Positions 47,178-61,271 of a stretch of 64,000 bases of DNA are shown piece after piece (position 1 is the first letter of the stretch; each line of letters begins with the position of its first letter). The translations under genes were made by a program, and so were the position numbers. Source of the stretch: Octopus sinensis (lineage: Eukaryota); assembly GCF_006345805.1 (NCBI RefSeq), contig NW_021835996.1, positions 62,001 through 126,000 on the forward strand, in the 5' to 3' direction. The notes below the pieces were generated by a model. The model had not been told where the DNA came from. It did no database searches and saw only the letters and a program-made list of their open reading frames with translations.

Positions 47178-50078
47178 CTAAATCGTTTTAGTCTGATTAA
47201 GGCACTCTTGGACAATCCCCAACAAGTATAAAACTTGCTTTTCTTCTAAGAATTTATTGTATTCCAGCTTCATCCTAGCTTCAATCTCCTCTTTACTAAG
47301 AACAACCAAAGGGGCCATCTACATTATTCAAGTCTTATAAAATTCACCCCGGCCTGTTTTTTATTTTCCTAGTGCTCTTTTTGCTTTCGTCCTCCTTGAT
47401 GTCGTATCTTCTTTTTACAAAGATTCGTCTTTTTATTTCTCGGTCAATTTAAGTTTTAAATTGATTCAACTATTCTTAACAACAAAACAAAACCTCGTTT
47501 GAGTGTGGAATACATAGACAGGTAGGAATCTTGATTATATGCAAAGTGGCCTGTTCATCCCCAACTGCCATCAAATGCTGTTTTTCTGGAAAAATTACAT
47601 AAAATGAGAACTATTAGCAGTCGTGATGTTTATCGATGTTATGTTAGACAGTGATATACTCTGCGAAGCAGTGGGCTCGTGAGACTTGTCCAAAAATAAA
47701 ATAAAATACGGCGAGCCTAGAAGGCGACCATTCGGCTGATGTGAGTCGTCTGGTAAACTTTTTGCTCTTTATAAGAGGTCCCAACTGCGGTTAGAAATAT
47801 CAGATACATGAAAGTTTTCCTTCCAAAGAGAAAAGTTCCAGCCTCCGACACACAGAAGCAAGTCTCTCAAAATGGAGGTCTGACTAAGGCAGTGACCGGA
47901 CCGTAGTGCTCGTGTGCCGTGAATTCGGGTTTCGGAGCTATACTTTTACTCAACAAATTATCACTTTCAAATTTTATTGACTCGAAATTCTTTTCTGGAA
48001 TCCAATTCAAATAAATAAGTTCCTCGTCCTACCAGATTAGGACAACTTGTAAAACATCTGCTCCAACATAAAACATGGTACCAATTGAGTTCAAAGCTAT
48101 TTTGTCTGATGTGTATAATTTTTGCGAACATTCCTGCACGGTTAATGGGGGATTCTGGGGTTTTCTGTGATTTTCTACAAAGTCTTCAAAGATCATAAAC
48201 ACCCATATTCGTGTATTCGTGGATCGAGAACTTGACTGGGTAGTAGAATCTCCCATTCTCCCTGTGATGGGTCGTTACCTCAATTTACTTAATTATCATT
48301 CGATACTTTAAGAAAAGGCTTCCATATCAAATTGAGATAGTCGAAAGTATTCGTTCTGGGAGGAGAATCCACCTTCTTCTGCTCCCATTGATGTAGTCGA
48401 TAGTTACGAATGTCGAATAAGAATAATGTGCTAATCTAAGTCATAATATCCCCACCTATCAAGTCCACATGACATTATTTGTGATGAAAAATTCATTGAT
48501 TTTTCCATTAGTTTGCCATTTTTGCAAATCTGGAAATTATACTTTACAAAACATTACTTCAAAATGACTTAGAATCCAAATCATGTCCGTGACCGCACAC
48601 GTATGGGACGAGCCAATGGCTGTGGAAGAAACGGAGTCAAAAAAGCTGAATCATTGTCATACCCGGACTTAAATATTTTTAAAATTTTTACGAATACGTC
48701 AAAAGGGTTTTTGAGTGGCTGCCTGTGGTTGTAAATGAGAATATTCTGAAATGTCCCATATGACGATTGTTCTGTTCACACACCCAGCGGCCACATAATT
48801 AAGATTTGAAGGGTTAAAATCAAAGACTGTCACGTCGTTGGGTGCTTCAACTATCAACTGAGAAATGTCTCAATCACGTTTACTTGAGGATTTATTGGGT
48901 CAGAAAACACCAAAACAAAATAAGGGATTTTTCTACCAAAAGTTCGTGTTTATTGTTTATTTTGTAGTCGAAAGTGTTTCCGTGAATCAAAGAAACCGCG
49001 ATGACGTCTGAAATGCTGAAGTGAACATAACCTGAGTAAAGCGGGTGCCATCGAATGCAACTGACAATTTTTGCTCTCGTGGATTTGAGGTCAGAAAATG
49101 ATTGATACTCCTAAATGAATTATTATAGGAGAAAGACTCGCAGATGGATATCCAGCTTGTCGTCAAAACTGGATGATTTCTTTTTCTGAGATCTTGATTT
49201 CTCGGAATTCATATTCTGTAGCTTTGTTGAAGGGATATTTCCACTTTACTTGACTTGTTCCCTCCAACTTTGTGTTGATTGTCTGCCTTTTTAAAACATC
49301 AATTCATAAACATCAGTTCCTCTATGTAAAAGAGGGATTTTTATAGCAAAAATCATCGCATTTTGAGGACTTTATATTAATCAGCCCGTCCCTCGTCTTT
49401 TCAACATCTCTGTCTTGGAATTGCCGATTCTTGTTGAGCAGTTTATTTGAACAAGAAATTAAGACTGTTATCTAAAATACACCTCATTGATGGCAACTGG
49501 CTTTGAATATTGTCTTATGTTTTCTTCCTCAATCTTTTTCTCACTTCCGTATGAAAGCCATCTTGTAGATACTGGAGGAATGTACACCAAAGGAATTTCT
49601 TCTGAACTCTCCTCAAAAAGTAAATTTTTAGTCTGGCACCTTAATCAATTAGACCAACCTTATCCGTGAGTGTGTTTGCTACCTCGAGAGTGGCTGCCAT
49701 ATAAAAGTTATTTCCATATTTAAAGTTAAAGTCATAGCAAATGAGGATTTTATCCTCCGGATAATTAACAATGACGTCTTTAAAAGGTTTAAAGTCGGAG
49801 ACCGCAGCTCGGTTACAAATGTCTTTCATAATTTCCTCTTTTTTAATTCTTTTTATCCAGTTTGTTGATGTAACGTCTTCTTCGACACGTAGATTGAATA
49901 TGGCCTGAGTACTTGATGTCAGTAATAGCGAAATGATTCCATCGGGGACTGAATTGTAAATTTTTCTTACTTTGTCTTGATGTTCTTGGTTTTTTACGTT
50001 TAATGTGAATGAATTTTTTTCGACTCTTAAATAAATTGGTTATTTTAAACTAACAGATTTTTTGCTTGCAAAAGACAT
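47178..50078 (-). CDS. DNAI3: dynein axonemal intermediate chain 3 (WDR63/IC140)
   Basis: STQAIFNLRVEEDVT, DICNRAAVSDFKP, YDFNFKYGNNFY, VGGWNFSLWKE, DKSHEPTASQSI, TLHIIKIP. At least one homopolymer frameshift (~47870). Confidence 0.9.
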
Positions 50079-50399
50079 GTTTAGTTAATATTTCTATGAA
50101 TTTTTGAAATTATATTGTGGATACTTTATATTTATACGTAGAAGAGCATAAAAAATTAATAAAATAATTTTATTAATTATAAAATCGTCGAGCGTATTGG
50201 TCAGTTGAATATGACTTTATTTTCCTCCGGAATATGTAACAAAAATACTTATATGTAAAATCCATTTATCCACAGTATTAAATAAAAATAACACGTTAGT
50301 TATTGAATATTAAATTATTACTTAATACGAAAAAGTAATGAATCTTCCTAAGTACTTTTTAAAAGGATATGATTTACACCGGAAAGTAACAACCCCCAT

Positions 50400-52560
50400 A
50401 TTTATTGGTTTTTCTAAAGCTTCAATTAGTGAATGGGGGAACTATAAAGTTCAAAGAAACAAGTCACTTTCTTAATTTAAAAATAACCTTTATCATCAAA
50501 TAATAATCACGATATTAACATATTCAATCTCTCCAATCGTATTTAAAGCATTGGTGTATTCTGTTGAAAAACATTACAAATTTCGCATGTAATTTTCAAT
50601 TCCACCAGCAAGATCGTTTATCGAACCTGTGAAAATACTGTCAATAATTGTATAACACTTAATTCGACAAATTTATACTGTAGAGCTTGCCGTTCTTGTT
50701 TTTGCAGGGTTTTAATCGTTTCAAGAAGCATTCTATGTTCATTACAAATTAATTCATCAACAAAATCAGCCTTTATCGCATTTTCTCGATCGAACTCATT
50801 GTGAGAAAAAACATCTTCCACATCATAAGACTCTTTTGAATGTAATTCGCGTAAATTATCAACATTCACTTGTTCGAGTCGAGATATTGCAGAAAGATAT
50901 TCAGAATTTTGAAGATTTATAAAATATAGATTTTTTCCAAGTTCAGCGTTACAGGATTTTAATAAATCCAGTTTTTCAATCTTGCAGTACAATTCGTCAT
51001 TTGTACATTTCAGTTGATGGCATTGGAACATTGTAGTGCTGAGATTTTCCTTTTCAGCATTTAAACGGATGTTTAACTCATCAATTGACTTTCTATCTAA
51101 TTCGAGCTTGTGGAGCAATTCTTTGAAATGAGTGTTCTCACTCTCAAGTTCATCTACTTTGGACGAGAGAGTCTCTTTAGCTTTGTGCATCCACGATATC
51201 TCCACCTGCAGAGAATCGTTCAAATTGTTCAATTGATCAATCTCGACTCTTTCTTGACTTAGTTTACAAAAATTTGTGTGCAGCCCCGCAAATTCCTGTT
51301 TAAGTGTTTGAATTTCATTTTTTAATTGTGTCGTAAACTGACTATTTTCAACTTGTGATCTGAGATGGTCAGCTTTCGTTATTTCTAAAATCTGTTTGAG
51401 ATCATTTCGTTCCAAAATAAGTTTTTTCGCCTTTTCAAATTCCTCGGCCTAAAATTTCTTTAGTTGAGCTCTAACAGAGTCCCTTTCTTCATGGAGATTG
51501 CTTATTATCGCTCCAGTATCAACCCTAAGTTGTTCCAGACGACTTATCTCCTCCCCAGCTTTAATTTTGCCATTTTCTAAGCCTTTTACAACCTTTTACA
51601 ACGTTTTCTCTTTTGGACTGCAAATGTCCAAACTGGGCTTCTAATGAGTAGTATGCATTCTCCCAATCAGAGTTTCTGCAATTGATTTGCTCAAAATTGT
51701 CTCTCTCCTTAGTTATGTTGTTCATTAATTCATTAATTGTGACATTCTGAGAGGATAGGGTCGAATTCTGAGAAGCCAGAGAATCATTTTAGTCTCTTAA
51801 TTTGGCATTCGTTGTTTGTTCAAGTTCAAAATTTTTTAGCAGCTGTTCCTTGGCACTTTGGCAGCTTTCCAATTTACAAGTTAGCTGCTCCTGAAAATCC
51901 ATTTGAGACTGCATTTGATTTACGAGGCACGTTTTTTGATCGTTTATTTGTTTAACTTCACTTTATAAGGGATGGACAGTCATTTCAAGGTTACTTTAGT
52001 CAATTTGGCGTTCTTTAACGACTTTATTAAGATTGGTCTGCTCTTTGTTAATTAAGCGACTTTTTGATCGCAAAAATTTTTCTGATCTTTTAACTCAAAA
52101 AATTGACTTTCCAGGATTAAAAAATTGTTTGATAGTGAATCAAAATCTGAATTTTTTTGAGTCAAGTTTAGGGTGACAGTCTCTCATGATTTATTAATTT
52201 CATCCAATTCAGACCGCAGTGTGTCAACAAGTCGAGATTTTTCTATAAATTTTGTCAATTTGGCCTCAAGTTTGGCAATTTTGTCTGCATTTTCCTTTTC
52301 TTTTTGCTTCATTTGATCATTGATTTTTACAAGAGAGGCATTCTCCACACTCTTTTGGTCTCTCTCTGCCACTAAAACACCGATGTGGCTTAATTTATTG
52401 GAAATAAGTTCGTAAAAATCTTCTTGTAATTGAGCAGTGTCCTTTTTGTCACACACAAACTATGCCACATAAACAGGAGCACCAAACCATATCGCTTCTC
52501 AGGCCAACAGCATTGATCTTGCCACTAAGAACACACATTTGTGATTTGAATCGATTGTTT
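50400..52560 (-). CDS. long coiled-coil protein, unassigned, with apparent frame disruptions
   Basis: Heptad- and E/K/Q-rich ORFs 52184-52456 and 50618-51415 with tiny introns. Boundaries approximate. Confidence 0.5.
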
Positions 52561-52624
52561 GAATTTTCCAAATAATTATTTTGAAGTGAAAAGTTTCCAA
52601 GTTGAGTTTGAAGTTGTTCGATTT

Positions 52625-53115
52625 GGGCTTGCTCAATAAAAAGAGCCCAATGTGGCTATCCACACAACGTAATTTTTCAGAGAGAAGGGAAAATTCCGAA
52701 ATTTTAGCCTTCATAACAACTTTGATGCTACTTTCAAAAATAGGAGATCCAAGAAAAATCAAGTCTTCTTAGAGGGGGAAGATGGATCCAGGTAGCAGTT
52801 TGTCGAATTCGGTCATCTACTTACGAAAGGAAAGTTCGTCCGCGTTGACATTCACAATTTCGCATTTGCCGCAGTTGAATTCAAGCCCAAGCGCTCCAAA
52901 ATTAAACACAAGAGACTTCAGCGTTTCCAAGATGCCTTCGGGGGTTTCTCCAATTACTCCATCATCCAAATACCACATGTTAAGATCAGTTTTACACGAT
53001 CTCGTTGTTTGGTGGGTTGCGAGGGAGAATAAGAGAGGACCTAGAGGGTCACCTTGTTGAACTCCATTGGGAGAATCAAGTATGGTTGTCCCGAATATAA
53101 GCGCGGAAGGCTTGA
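52625..53115 (-). mobile_element. CRE retrotransposon RT-core fragment
   Basis: GVQQGDPLGPLLFSL...NMWYLDDG...KCEIVN...FLGSPIF. Confidence 0.88.
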
Positions 53116-53545
53116 AGTATTGAATAACTTTAAATGAATGTCTTTATTTTGTTTAAAATGGACAAATATTTTATAAATGGAGTATTTTTATACAAGTACT
53201 CATTCAGGATTGTTGTAAACAGAGTCGACTTAAATCAATTAGTTTAATAGATAAAGAATATTTGAATAATGAATGGTTTTTAAGATTGGCTTGTCTACGA
53301 ATTGTTGCTTAAACTGTAAATTGTATTTTTCGGATTTAAAAAAGCATCTAATCAGTCAAAACATGGTCCAACGATTATATTTTCAGATTATGTTTAGTCG
53401 TGATTCCTAACTCATTGATTTGCAATTGTGGTCCACCAAAAACTAGAAATAAAATAGCCCGCCCGACCCTATATGAGAGGGAGACGTCCGGTGGCAAGAA
53501 TACTGTTTTTATCAAGGAACAGATTCACGACCCGAGAAAACTATG

Positions 53546-53870
53546 TTAAATCTGCTTATATATCGCGAGCGAAATGCGCTGAAAAAACCAGCTAGACTCA
53601 CGTCTCTTATGACTCTTCCTCGAGATCATCAAACCAATCTCCAAAAGGAACTCCAGGGCTTTTGGGCCGATTATCCCACTCGTCTCGAAAGCCAGGGGGA
53701 CGAAAAGGCAGGTGTTCTCCAATGAGGCGTACTTTGCGATTTTTTTCTTTTCGGGATGTGCGGAGGCTGAGCCAGGGCGGGAGGCAAAATCGATGAGAGA
53801 TGACGAGGAAAACGAGTCGACACAGGTGACGTCCCAAACGAGAGCGAGTCCCCCCTCCATGGCCTTTTGT
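53546..53870 (-). mobile_element. CRE retrotransposon 3' RLE fragment
   Basis: LVWDVTCVDSFS...EKKKIAKY...FVPLAFETSGIIGP...WFFQRISLAI. Confidence 0.88.
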
Positions 53871-54475
53871 TGCGGTTGTAGACATCGGCACTTTGTGAAC
53901 GACGACACGGTCAGGAATGGATATCCCAATACGACATCAAGTGAAAGATTACATCTAAAGATTGTGTAAGCTTTATTTCTGGAATACAGGGAAATATTGG
54001 CGACAGACTAAATATGGTTAACATAAAATTTTAAACAAAGAATTTTTTGGTGTTAATCCCATTTAGTTTGCTATTAATCCCATATTGTTTGGTATTCCTT
54101 TATGTACACACTAATGTCGATTCCAATCTTAGAGTGCAGTTGTCCCGGGATTGACTTACATTTAATTTATTGTTCATTTTAGCACAATATACTACAAATT
54201 CATAGATCTAAACAACAAAGAAAGGTTTACGTAGTGATTCTGCCTCGATCTGAATTTTTGTAATATTTTACTTTTTTTTCCTTAAAATAAATAGTCAACC
54301 CCGGGATAACTATCAACATACTGGTGGCAGACAAAAAGACCAGTGCAATTGAACATTTAAAAACAGAACTGGAGGATCTCCATATTAAATCGAAAATGAC
54401 GACTAAAAAAACGTTTACAAATTTATTGGAACTGGTGGCGCTCTTTATGGAGGACAGTCACCAAAACTTGACGAG

Positions 54476-54620
54476 ATGAGCGTTTTTACGCTTATCAACG
54501 CCCGGTCAATTCGGAAACGGGCTACGGAGCTAACCTACTGGGTTAGATCGATAAAGATGGACATATTGATTGTTAATGAAACGATGCTCAAGGGCATCAC
54601 AAAATCCATGGTTTTCAGTC
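54476..54620 (+). mobile_element. LINE apurinic endonuclease N-terminal remnant
   Basis: INARSIRKR...DILIVNETML. Confidence 0.6.
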
Positions 54621-55249
54621 GATTGATATCCCATGGTGACCTGACGCAGTGGCTGGCACTGGGACATCAATATATTATAAGAAAATTGGCCCATAGTTGG
54701 AGTTTGGCTCAATCCCAGGTCGTAGTGTATTACCACACATTTAAAAGTGGGAAAATGAATAAATAGGGCCTGTTCACTAGAGAATTGGAAATTATCAATG
54801 GTCAAAAAATGGGAATGATCGATGTCATGATTACATGAGATAAGAACTATTGAGCATTCTTCTTTATCTTTTTGTAAATTTTGTATTAAATGAAGTGAAA
54901 ATGCTGGACTATTCACGAAAAATAATTATTTGTTAAATCTACTAATGATTAATAAACTTTCAACCGATCTTAAAGGATTTTATTTCCAGGTAGAGTTGTT
55001 TTTAAGCAAATGCTTTTTGAAGGAACATTTTTCTAAAAAAACACCAGTTTCATCACCATTGTAGACTTTTTCACGATCATATTGTTGTAATTTCGTAGAT
55101 AACTTTCGATATGGGCCACCTTCATGTGGCAAAAGTTGGACGTTATGTTTCTCACTGCGACCCTCAGTTCTCTCCCCATTGGATCCCTCATCCTCTTAGG
55201 GCCTACGTACAGTACACAGATGGACAGATACGTGTGACAGGCAGTAGAT

Positions 55250-56380
55250 TCAAGGGCTACGTCCTCAACAGGCATCGATAACCCGTGCCTTGTCTCTTCA
55301 TCCATGCTCTCTGAGGTTTTCCACAACACCAGTGTCTGGATCCTGTCATCCACTCCGAGCGCCTCCAGATGGTTATTTAATAATTATGACACAATTCCGT
55401 ACCAGATATTAACGATAGGGACGATTTTTTACTTTTGCCCGGTGAATCGCTCCCAGTTCAGTTGCCAGCAAGTCGTATTTGTGGAACTTTTCCAGAATTG
55501 GTTCTCTCCAGTGTCTGGATGTATGCCTTCACCCTGTCCTCCACGCCAAGCACCACCAGATGGTTTTTGAAGAATTTTGACATTATTCAGTCCCAGCTCA
55601 TGGCGACAAATCGTATTTGTAGAACTTCTCGAATTTCCTGAGACAATTTTGTAAAATGATTTCCACCTCAATAAGTGTAATTGTATTGCTCCATTTGTTG
55701 TGAATAAATATGTCAGACTTGTTATTCTGGATAGCATTATCAGTCGGAAGGTTTGTGTCAACTCGGATTTCCACAAATTAATTGGTGGTAACAGATTGGA
55801 CTAAATGAGTTTTTAATTTTTAGACCGATGTTCTCATCAATTCCTCAAACTCTTCGGTCTTAATATCAATAACTTCTCACAGTGTCTTGTTTTCAAAATT
55901 TATGCTGATTTTCCATTTTGTAGTAAGTTTCTGGATAAACATTACTATCCAATTCGGGAGGCCAGAGTTTTGCAGGGTCTGAATTAAGAATTCGTATTCG
56001 AGTGAGTCAAATGCTTTCCTCACATCAATTAACACACAAGACAATTTATTCCCATTTTGTTGGTAGATACACTGATTGATGATTGCCTGTTCCTTCGCTC
56101 CCTGACACATTCTTCGTGTTCCAAGTTGATTGTCGCTAAAGAGGTCATATGCTTCGACATATTCCGATAGTTTGTTGTTCACATACCTTGGCATCAGACA
56201 GGTTGGGCATGCACGTAATTGGTCTCAGATCGTTGGATGAATCACATACATCTATTTTTGGTATAAGGTACGTAATTTCGGTGTAAAACCAATCTTCGTG
56301 CGTATATTCATCTTTTATTATTTTCCGTATCTCCTCACATGGGGATCCGTGGACAGCAGTGAAGCTCTTTATAAAAAAGC
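55250..56380 (-). mobile_element. R4/Dong-like retrotransposon remnant (RT start + RLE, internally deleted and duplicated)
   Basis: LRPITCMP, NQLGTRRMCQGAKEQAIIN, IDVRKAFDS, then IQNNKSDIFI...ITLIEV and a twice-present KYDL segment. Confidence 0.8.
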
Positions 56381-56862
56381 TAATATTTTGTTTAGTATAT
56401 TTTGTTTACTATTCTAACTTGACTGAATCCTACATTCTTTTAAGCTCTTATTTTTTACACCTTTTGTAAGTCTAGAAATATAAATATTTTTTTATATTCA
56501 ATTTTTTTAATATTTTTTCAGTTACTTACTGTCTTCAAAAGAATCCAAACGTTGACAAAAGCTTAGATAATAAAAGATGGCCTAAACTATTTATAAGGTA
56601 AACAAATTATCTAGAGGATGAGTTGAATAATAACAAATTGTTTTTACAAGTAACCATTTATTGATACTTGAATGAATGCCATTTATTGATATATGCCACA
56701 TAACGTAAGTGTATTTTAAAATATAAATGTTTGTTCAAGAAATATATGGCATGAAAAGGATGACACCCAATTGATTTAAAAAGGATTAATATATAAATTA
56801 ATCAATTCATTCATTATGATCTTTATTAAGAATTAATCCAATTAGAAATCTAATCTAAAATA

Positions 56863-57399
56863 TTACTTTCTGGCCATCATTAGAGAGAGGAACTCTGAGA
56901 GACCAAAGTTAAAAATGTCAACCTTCAAGGTCGAGCAAGCCGTTGTCATCGGCGTCAATTTCTCTAATCATTCTCAACGCATTTTCGTAAGTAAAATTTT
57001 TGTCAAATTTAAGCATCGCCTTTGCGAGGTCGTCCGCGGAAATGACTCCGTCGTTTGATTTGTCAAAAAATTGGAATGCTTCGAGATAAGATTCCTCAAG
57101 ACTTTTTGGGACGAATTTAGTAGACATTATTTCCACAAATTCAGTGAAATTAAAATTGTTTTTACCTTATGATCTAAACAGCAATATAACCATGAAAGTT
57201 TTGTTTAATGATAAATTCCGTAAATTCTTCTTCAGAAAATATGTGTCCAAGTGCACGGATTGTATGTTTAAGTTCATTTTTGGTGATTGTGCCTTCGCAG
57301 TCCTTGTCAAAAAGGGAGAACGCCTCCTTATAATCTAACGACTATTTTGTATGTCAAACTTAACAAATCCTCTTCTGATAGTTTAGTTTTGTTACCCAT
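56863..57399 (-). CDS. calmodulin-like EF-hand protein, 4 exons
   Basis: YKEAFSLFDKDCEGTITKNELKHTIRALG...EAFQFFDKSNDGVISADDL...MIREIDADDNGLLDLEEFLSLMMARK* after removing three 25-28 nt introns. Confidence 0.9.
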
Positions 57400-58149
57400 C
57401 GTTCATACACATTTCATTGAATAAGTTTGTTTAATTATTTTGTCATACTATTTTATAATATTTTTAGATTAAAAAGTAAATTACAAATTCATTATGAAAT
57501 AAAATATATTATTATTCCAAAGAATTAGACAAATTTAGTCAACAAAATGTTATTGACTGCAAATTTTCATACAAAAAATATACACAGCAGGGGGGTTGTT
57601 GTACTATTGGATTACATTTTATTGTTGGTGTAAAAATATTAAAAATTGGGCACAAATAAATTCTTTAATTATTTCTGACCAGTTCGCCTATAGTATTTTA
57701 GTCAGACCACATTGAAGGAACTTGCAGACATTAGTGACAACAGATAAGAGTTTAACGTACGAAAAGCAATAAAATTATTTTCTTTTGAAGATTAGTATTG
57801 GGCAGGCGCAGATTAATGAAATTTAAAAGAAAAAAAAACAAAATAGACAAGTAGAAGTAAAGAAAAACAAAATAATAATAAAACTATATGAATAGATAAA
57901 AATGATATGCTATATATAAAAAAATAAGAAAGTGTACCGAAAAAGAAAGACTACCAGAAATAGTGCGAACATATAATACACACACTTAGACGGCAATTTA
58001 GCTTGCTTACAGAATGAATATTTGTGTACAGATTTAAAACAATTGTCAACTATTTCAGGATGACACAATGTGGGCTCGACACACGTTCAACTACCAGCCC
58101 TAAACGACTATAAACAGTAAGATCAAAAATGAACAAATTAACGAAATTA

Positions 58150-59200
58150 TGTTTTTAAATTTATTTAAGTTTTCTTTTGGTCCATTGATAGTTCTCGGGC
58201 GTCTTTCATCATCCCAATACCGATACTACAAAAGTCGTTAATGCCGCAGGGACCTTTTTCTCTCTTCTTCCATCAAAGATTGGAATGAATTCATGGTTTC
58301 AAAGTGGAAAATGTGGGACCATGTGGTTCTTCTTTCTGATTTTTCCTTTTTTCTCTCTTTCTCGCCTTTGTTCGCATGTTTAGATGACATTTCGGTGAGT
58401 TTTTTATTTTTCTGCTTTTTACCCAGCTGTTTTGAACCAAGCCCTTCATGTTGTTTTTTGGCCAATTTATGCAGGGATTCGTAACTTACTGGCTTTTTGT
58501 CGCTTTTACCAGTTTTTTTAGATTTTTGAATGTCAAAATCTGTCGCTGACCTTGACACGTTCGGCTTATATGGCCCTTTGAAGATCCCTGAAATAACCTA
58601 TTACATTTTACCAATTGGAGCCACGTTTTGTTCGAAGATTGGAGTTGAACTTTTCTTCCTACTTTCTAGTTGACCTAGTTTCTTCTAATAGTTTATGAAG
58701 AGACCAAGTCCTACTTTATTCTCTGCAGCATTCTGTGCTGCTTGATATAATAGGTTTTTGTACTTTATCACACCGGTATTCCACTACGAAAATAATATTT
58801 ATATCAGAAGATAAGATTATCGTATTTAAACTGTTACAAGTAAGCATAATATTGTTGATAAAACAGTAGAGCACTCGTTACCATCGCCTCGCCTCCTGTT
58901 ATGCACGTAATTTAGTTATTAATTTCGTTTAATACATCAATAATTTATATACCTTCGCTGTCCACGCAAAATTGTAATATTTCAATAATCCAGTTAACCT
59001 CAATATTTCTTACACATTCCCAAATACAGAATTCCTAAAGTATATTTATTCATTACAATGTGATGTGTATTGAAATAAATGGTACCTGCAATTTCTCATC
59101 TTTAACAAGTTCATGTCACTTTTATATTCTGACCACATTTTAATGTCATTTTATCTATTTTTACTTTCATACATTGCCGATCTGTTTGTTTTGATGAAAA
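58150..59200 (-). CDS. hypothetical protein with lysine-rich C-terminal region
   Basis: ORF 58238-58558 plus upstream exon-like blocks separated by short GT-AG segments. Family not recognised and boundaries uncertain. Confidence 0.35.
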
Positions 59201-60299
59201 ATAACACCAAATTATTACTTGGCTGATATAGGTCACATCTGAACTGTGAAATATTGCCGTAAATTGATAAGTTTGTCTTCCTATTAAATCTGATTGGTTG
59301 AGCGATGCATATCGTAAAAACCTTACGGTATTTCGCTTGCACGAGAGAGGATGAAGACCATATCGGTCGACGGTATCGCTTCATGCATAATTATGAGACT
59401 GGCATATTTCTAAATATAGAGCCTCAGACAGACACAGATTCTCAGAAACTCGTTGTCCAGCAAAAGTCTGGTGGAAGACAAAGTTAACCAGTCACCGAAA
59501 TGCTGTTCAGAGGCCGAATTCAAGCTTGCAAGCTGGCTTTGATCAACCTTGGCCCGATGACTCTGTAAAATCCATTCGCACTTCATAACATCCCAGTTCT
59601 TCTGAACGCATGAGACAAAAAGCGGAGAGTATACCAGACATAAGCAGCCCTTGAAAACTCAGCCAACCCAGAGGGAACAGAGTTGATGGAAAGCAGGCAT
59701 GAATGAGAAGTAGCAGGACAGAAAAAGGTAAGCACAACTGCAAAAAAGGTAAGCATCTTGTCTTTTCAGAAAAAGGTAAGCATCTTGTCTTTTTTCTTTT
59801 ATGGTGTGGCAGAAGAAGTCATCCGGTTCTGCAGTGAGATCACTGATGACGGCGTCACTCGTCAAGCCGGGTTGCATATAATATGCATGGAACCTTCGGC
59901 CGGAATGATAACAGTGAGATGCGAACCCGGGAACTTTGCAAAACTATCAAGCCCTTCAAACACTGCACCACCCAATAAGCGTGTTAAAAATCATTGTCAA
60001 AAGCGGGACACGGTGGTATCAAAAAGCAATAGGAATTTTTCAGAACGATAGCAGAAAGGCGACCGGAGAACCCTTAAAATTTTGGAGTTTAAAATTTACG
60101 TGCATTGGAAATTAGTATGCTATTTAGTTTCTATTGATTATGTGCATTGGAATTGTTTGAAAAGTGTTCTTTGTAGACGGTGGCGGTTATTCTTTAAAAA
60201 TGAATTTAATTTATTATTAATTTGAATTGAGTTGTTTTTGTTGTTAAAGAAAAACCAAAAACCCATATAACAAAGAAAAATCATTAACGGAAAGATAGG

Positions 60300-60670
60300 A
60301 CAAGGCAACAAAGTGTCTCTTTCCATACTGACTCCAATTATAATTACTCAACACAACTTTTCTCCAGGACCACCCGGATCGTAGGCACATAGGATTCTTG
60401 CGAGTCTTTTAGCCTTCCGTAAAGTTGTACTCTGTAAACCAGTTTTAATGCGAAACGTCTTGTTTTTTCCAACTGTTCGATAAGGTAGTCACTCTCCTCG
60501 GCAACGAACTAGCCCTCGTAGCCACATGTGAGGACTGGCTGTACACAAGTTCTGTACATGTAGATATACGTTTTCAAACCCAGATGGAACCTGGTTAGGC
60601 TTTTAATGATTCTCACACTCCTTTTCCTTTGATTTACTACGCCAATGTCCGGTTCCAACCTCGGTATGCA
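60300..60670 (-). mobile_element. LINE RT C-terminal remnant
   Basis: LKTYIYMYRTCVQPVLTCGYE. Confidence 0.55.
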
Positions 60671-61271
60671 GAATAAGAAATCAATTGACCCTGAATCTTT
60701 TCCATGTTGAATAAAATAAAAATTGCATACGAAAAAACTCAAAATATCCCAATATATCAAACAAAACGATCTTTCGGAGTGTAGAATTGGGGACATTTTC
60801 AAAGTTAGCAGGGCTAAAATCTTACTCATAAAAAGGATGCTCCTCTTTTTGATAATCTTATTTCAATTCTTCCGAACATAAAAGTGATCTTTAAAAGCTG
60901 AAAAATCTAGATCTCAAATTTTTCGAAAATTTTCTGCAGAGAGCAGTAAGTCCTATGGAGGAGCGTCAAGCCCTGCGTATAAAATTCGAGTTCTGCGGCA
61001 AAGAGTCAAGAACTTTGGAAGTCCTGCAGAGAAGGTCAATTCCTGCTGACGATAGCTACGGACGACTCAGTGTGTAAGGCCTTCTAATAGCCCTTGAAGA
61101 TATTCTTGATATGTAGTTTTTTGGTGGAAGATTTTTGGAGGAGCTCAGCATTTTGGGGAAAAGAATTTTGACAATTATAGCGGAAAAGGATCTTGACAAT
61201 TTATCTGTACTTTACCAATTTGAAGTTGGTGCGCATACACAGACACACACCATACAATTTTATTATTAAGA

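Noticed and set aside
47865-47875. Frameshift in DNAI3 (also the ZnF and C-clamp genes) as programmed frameshifting or editing
   Set aside because: The localised cases fall in homopolymer runs and are most simply assembly indels; reads are needed.
52491-52505. ATCGCTTCTCAGGCC resembling the U2 snRNA 5' end
   Set aside because: No GTAGTA branch-recognition sequence or U2 stems follow, and it lies antisense to coding-like sequence.
52499-52762. Chimeric ORF fusing CRE RT sequence to the coiled-coil gene
   Set aside because: A short chance read-through across a TE junction without a convincing start; no evidence of domestication.
59740-59795. Short tandem duplications (also ~13385-13430, ~28803-28846, ~63195-63221) as a CRISPR-like or functional array
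   Set aside because: Only two units each, with no spacer series and no associated genes; these are ordinary local duplications.
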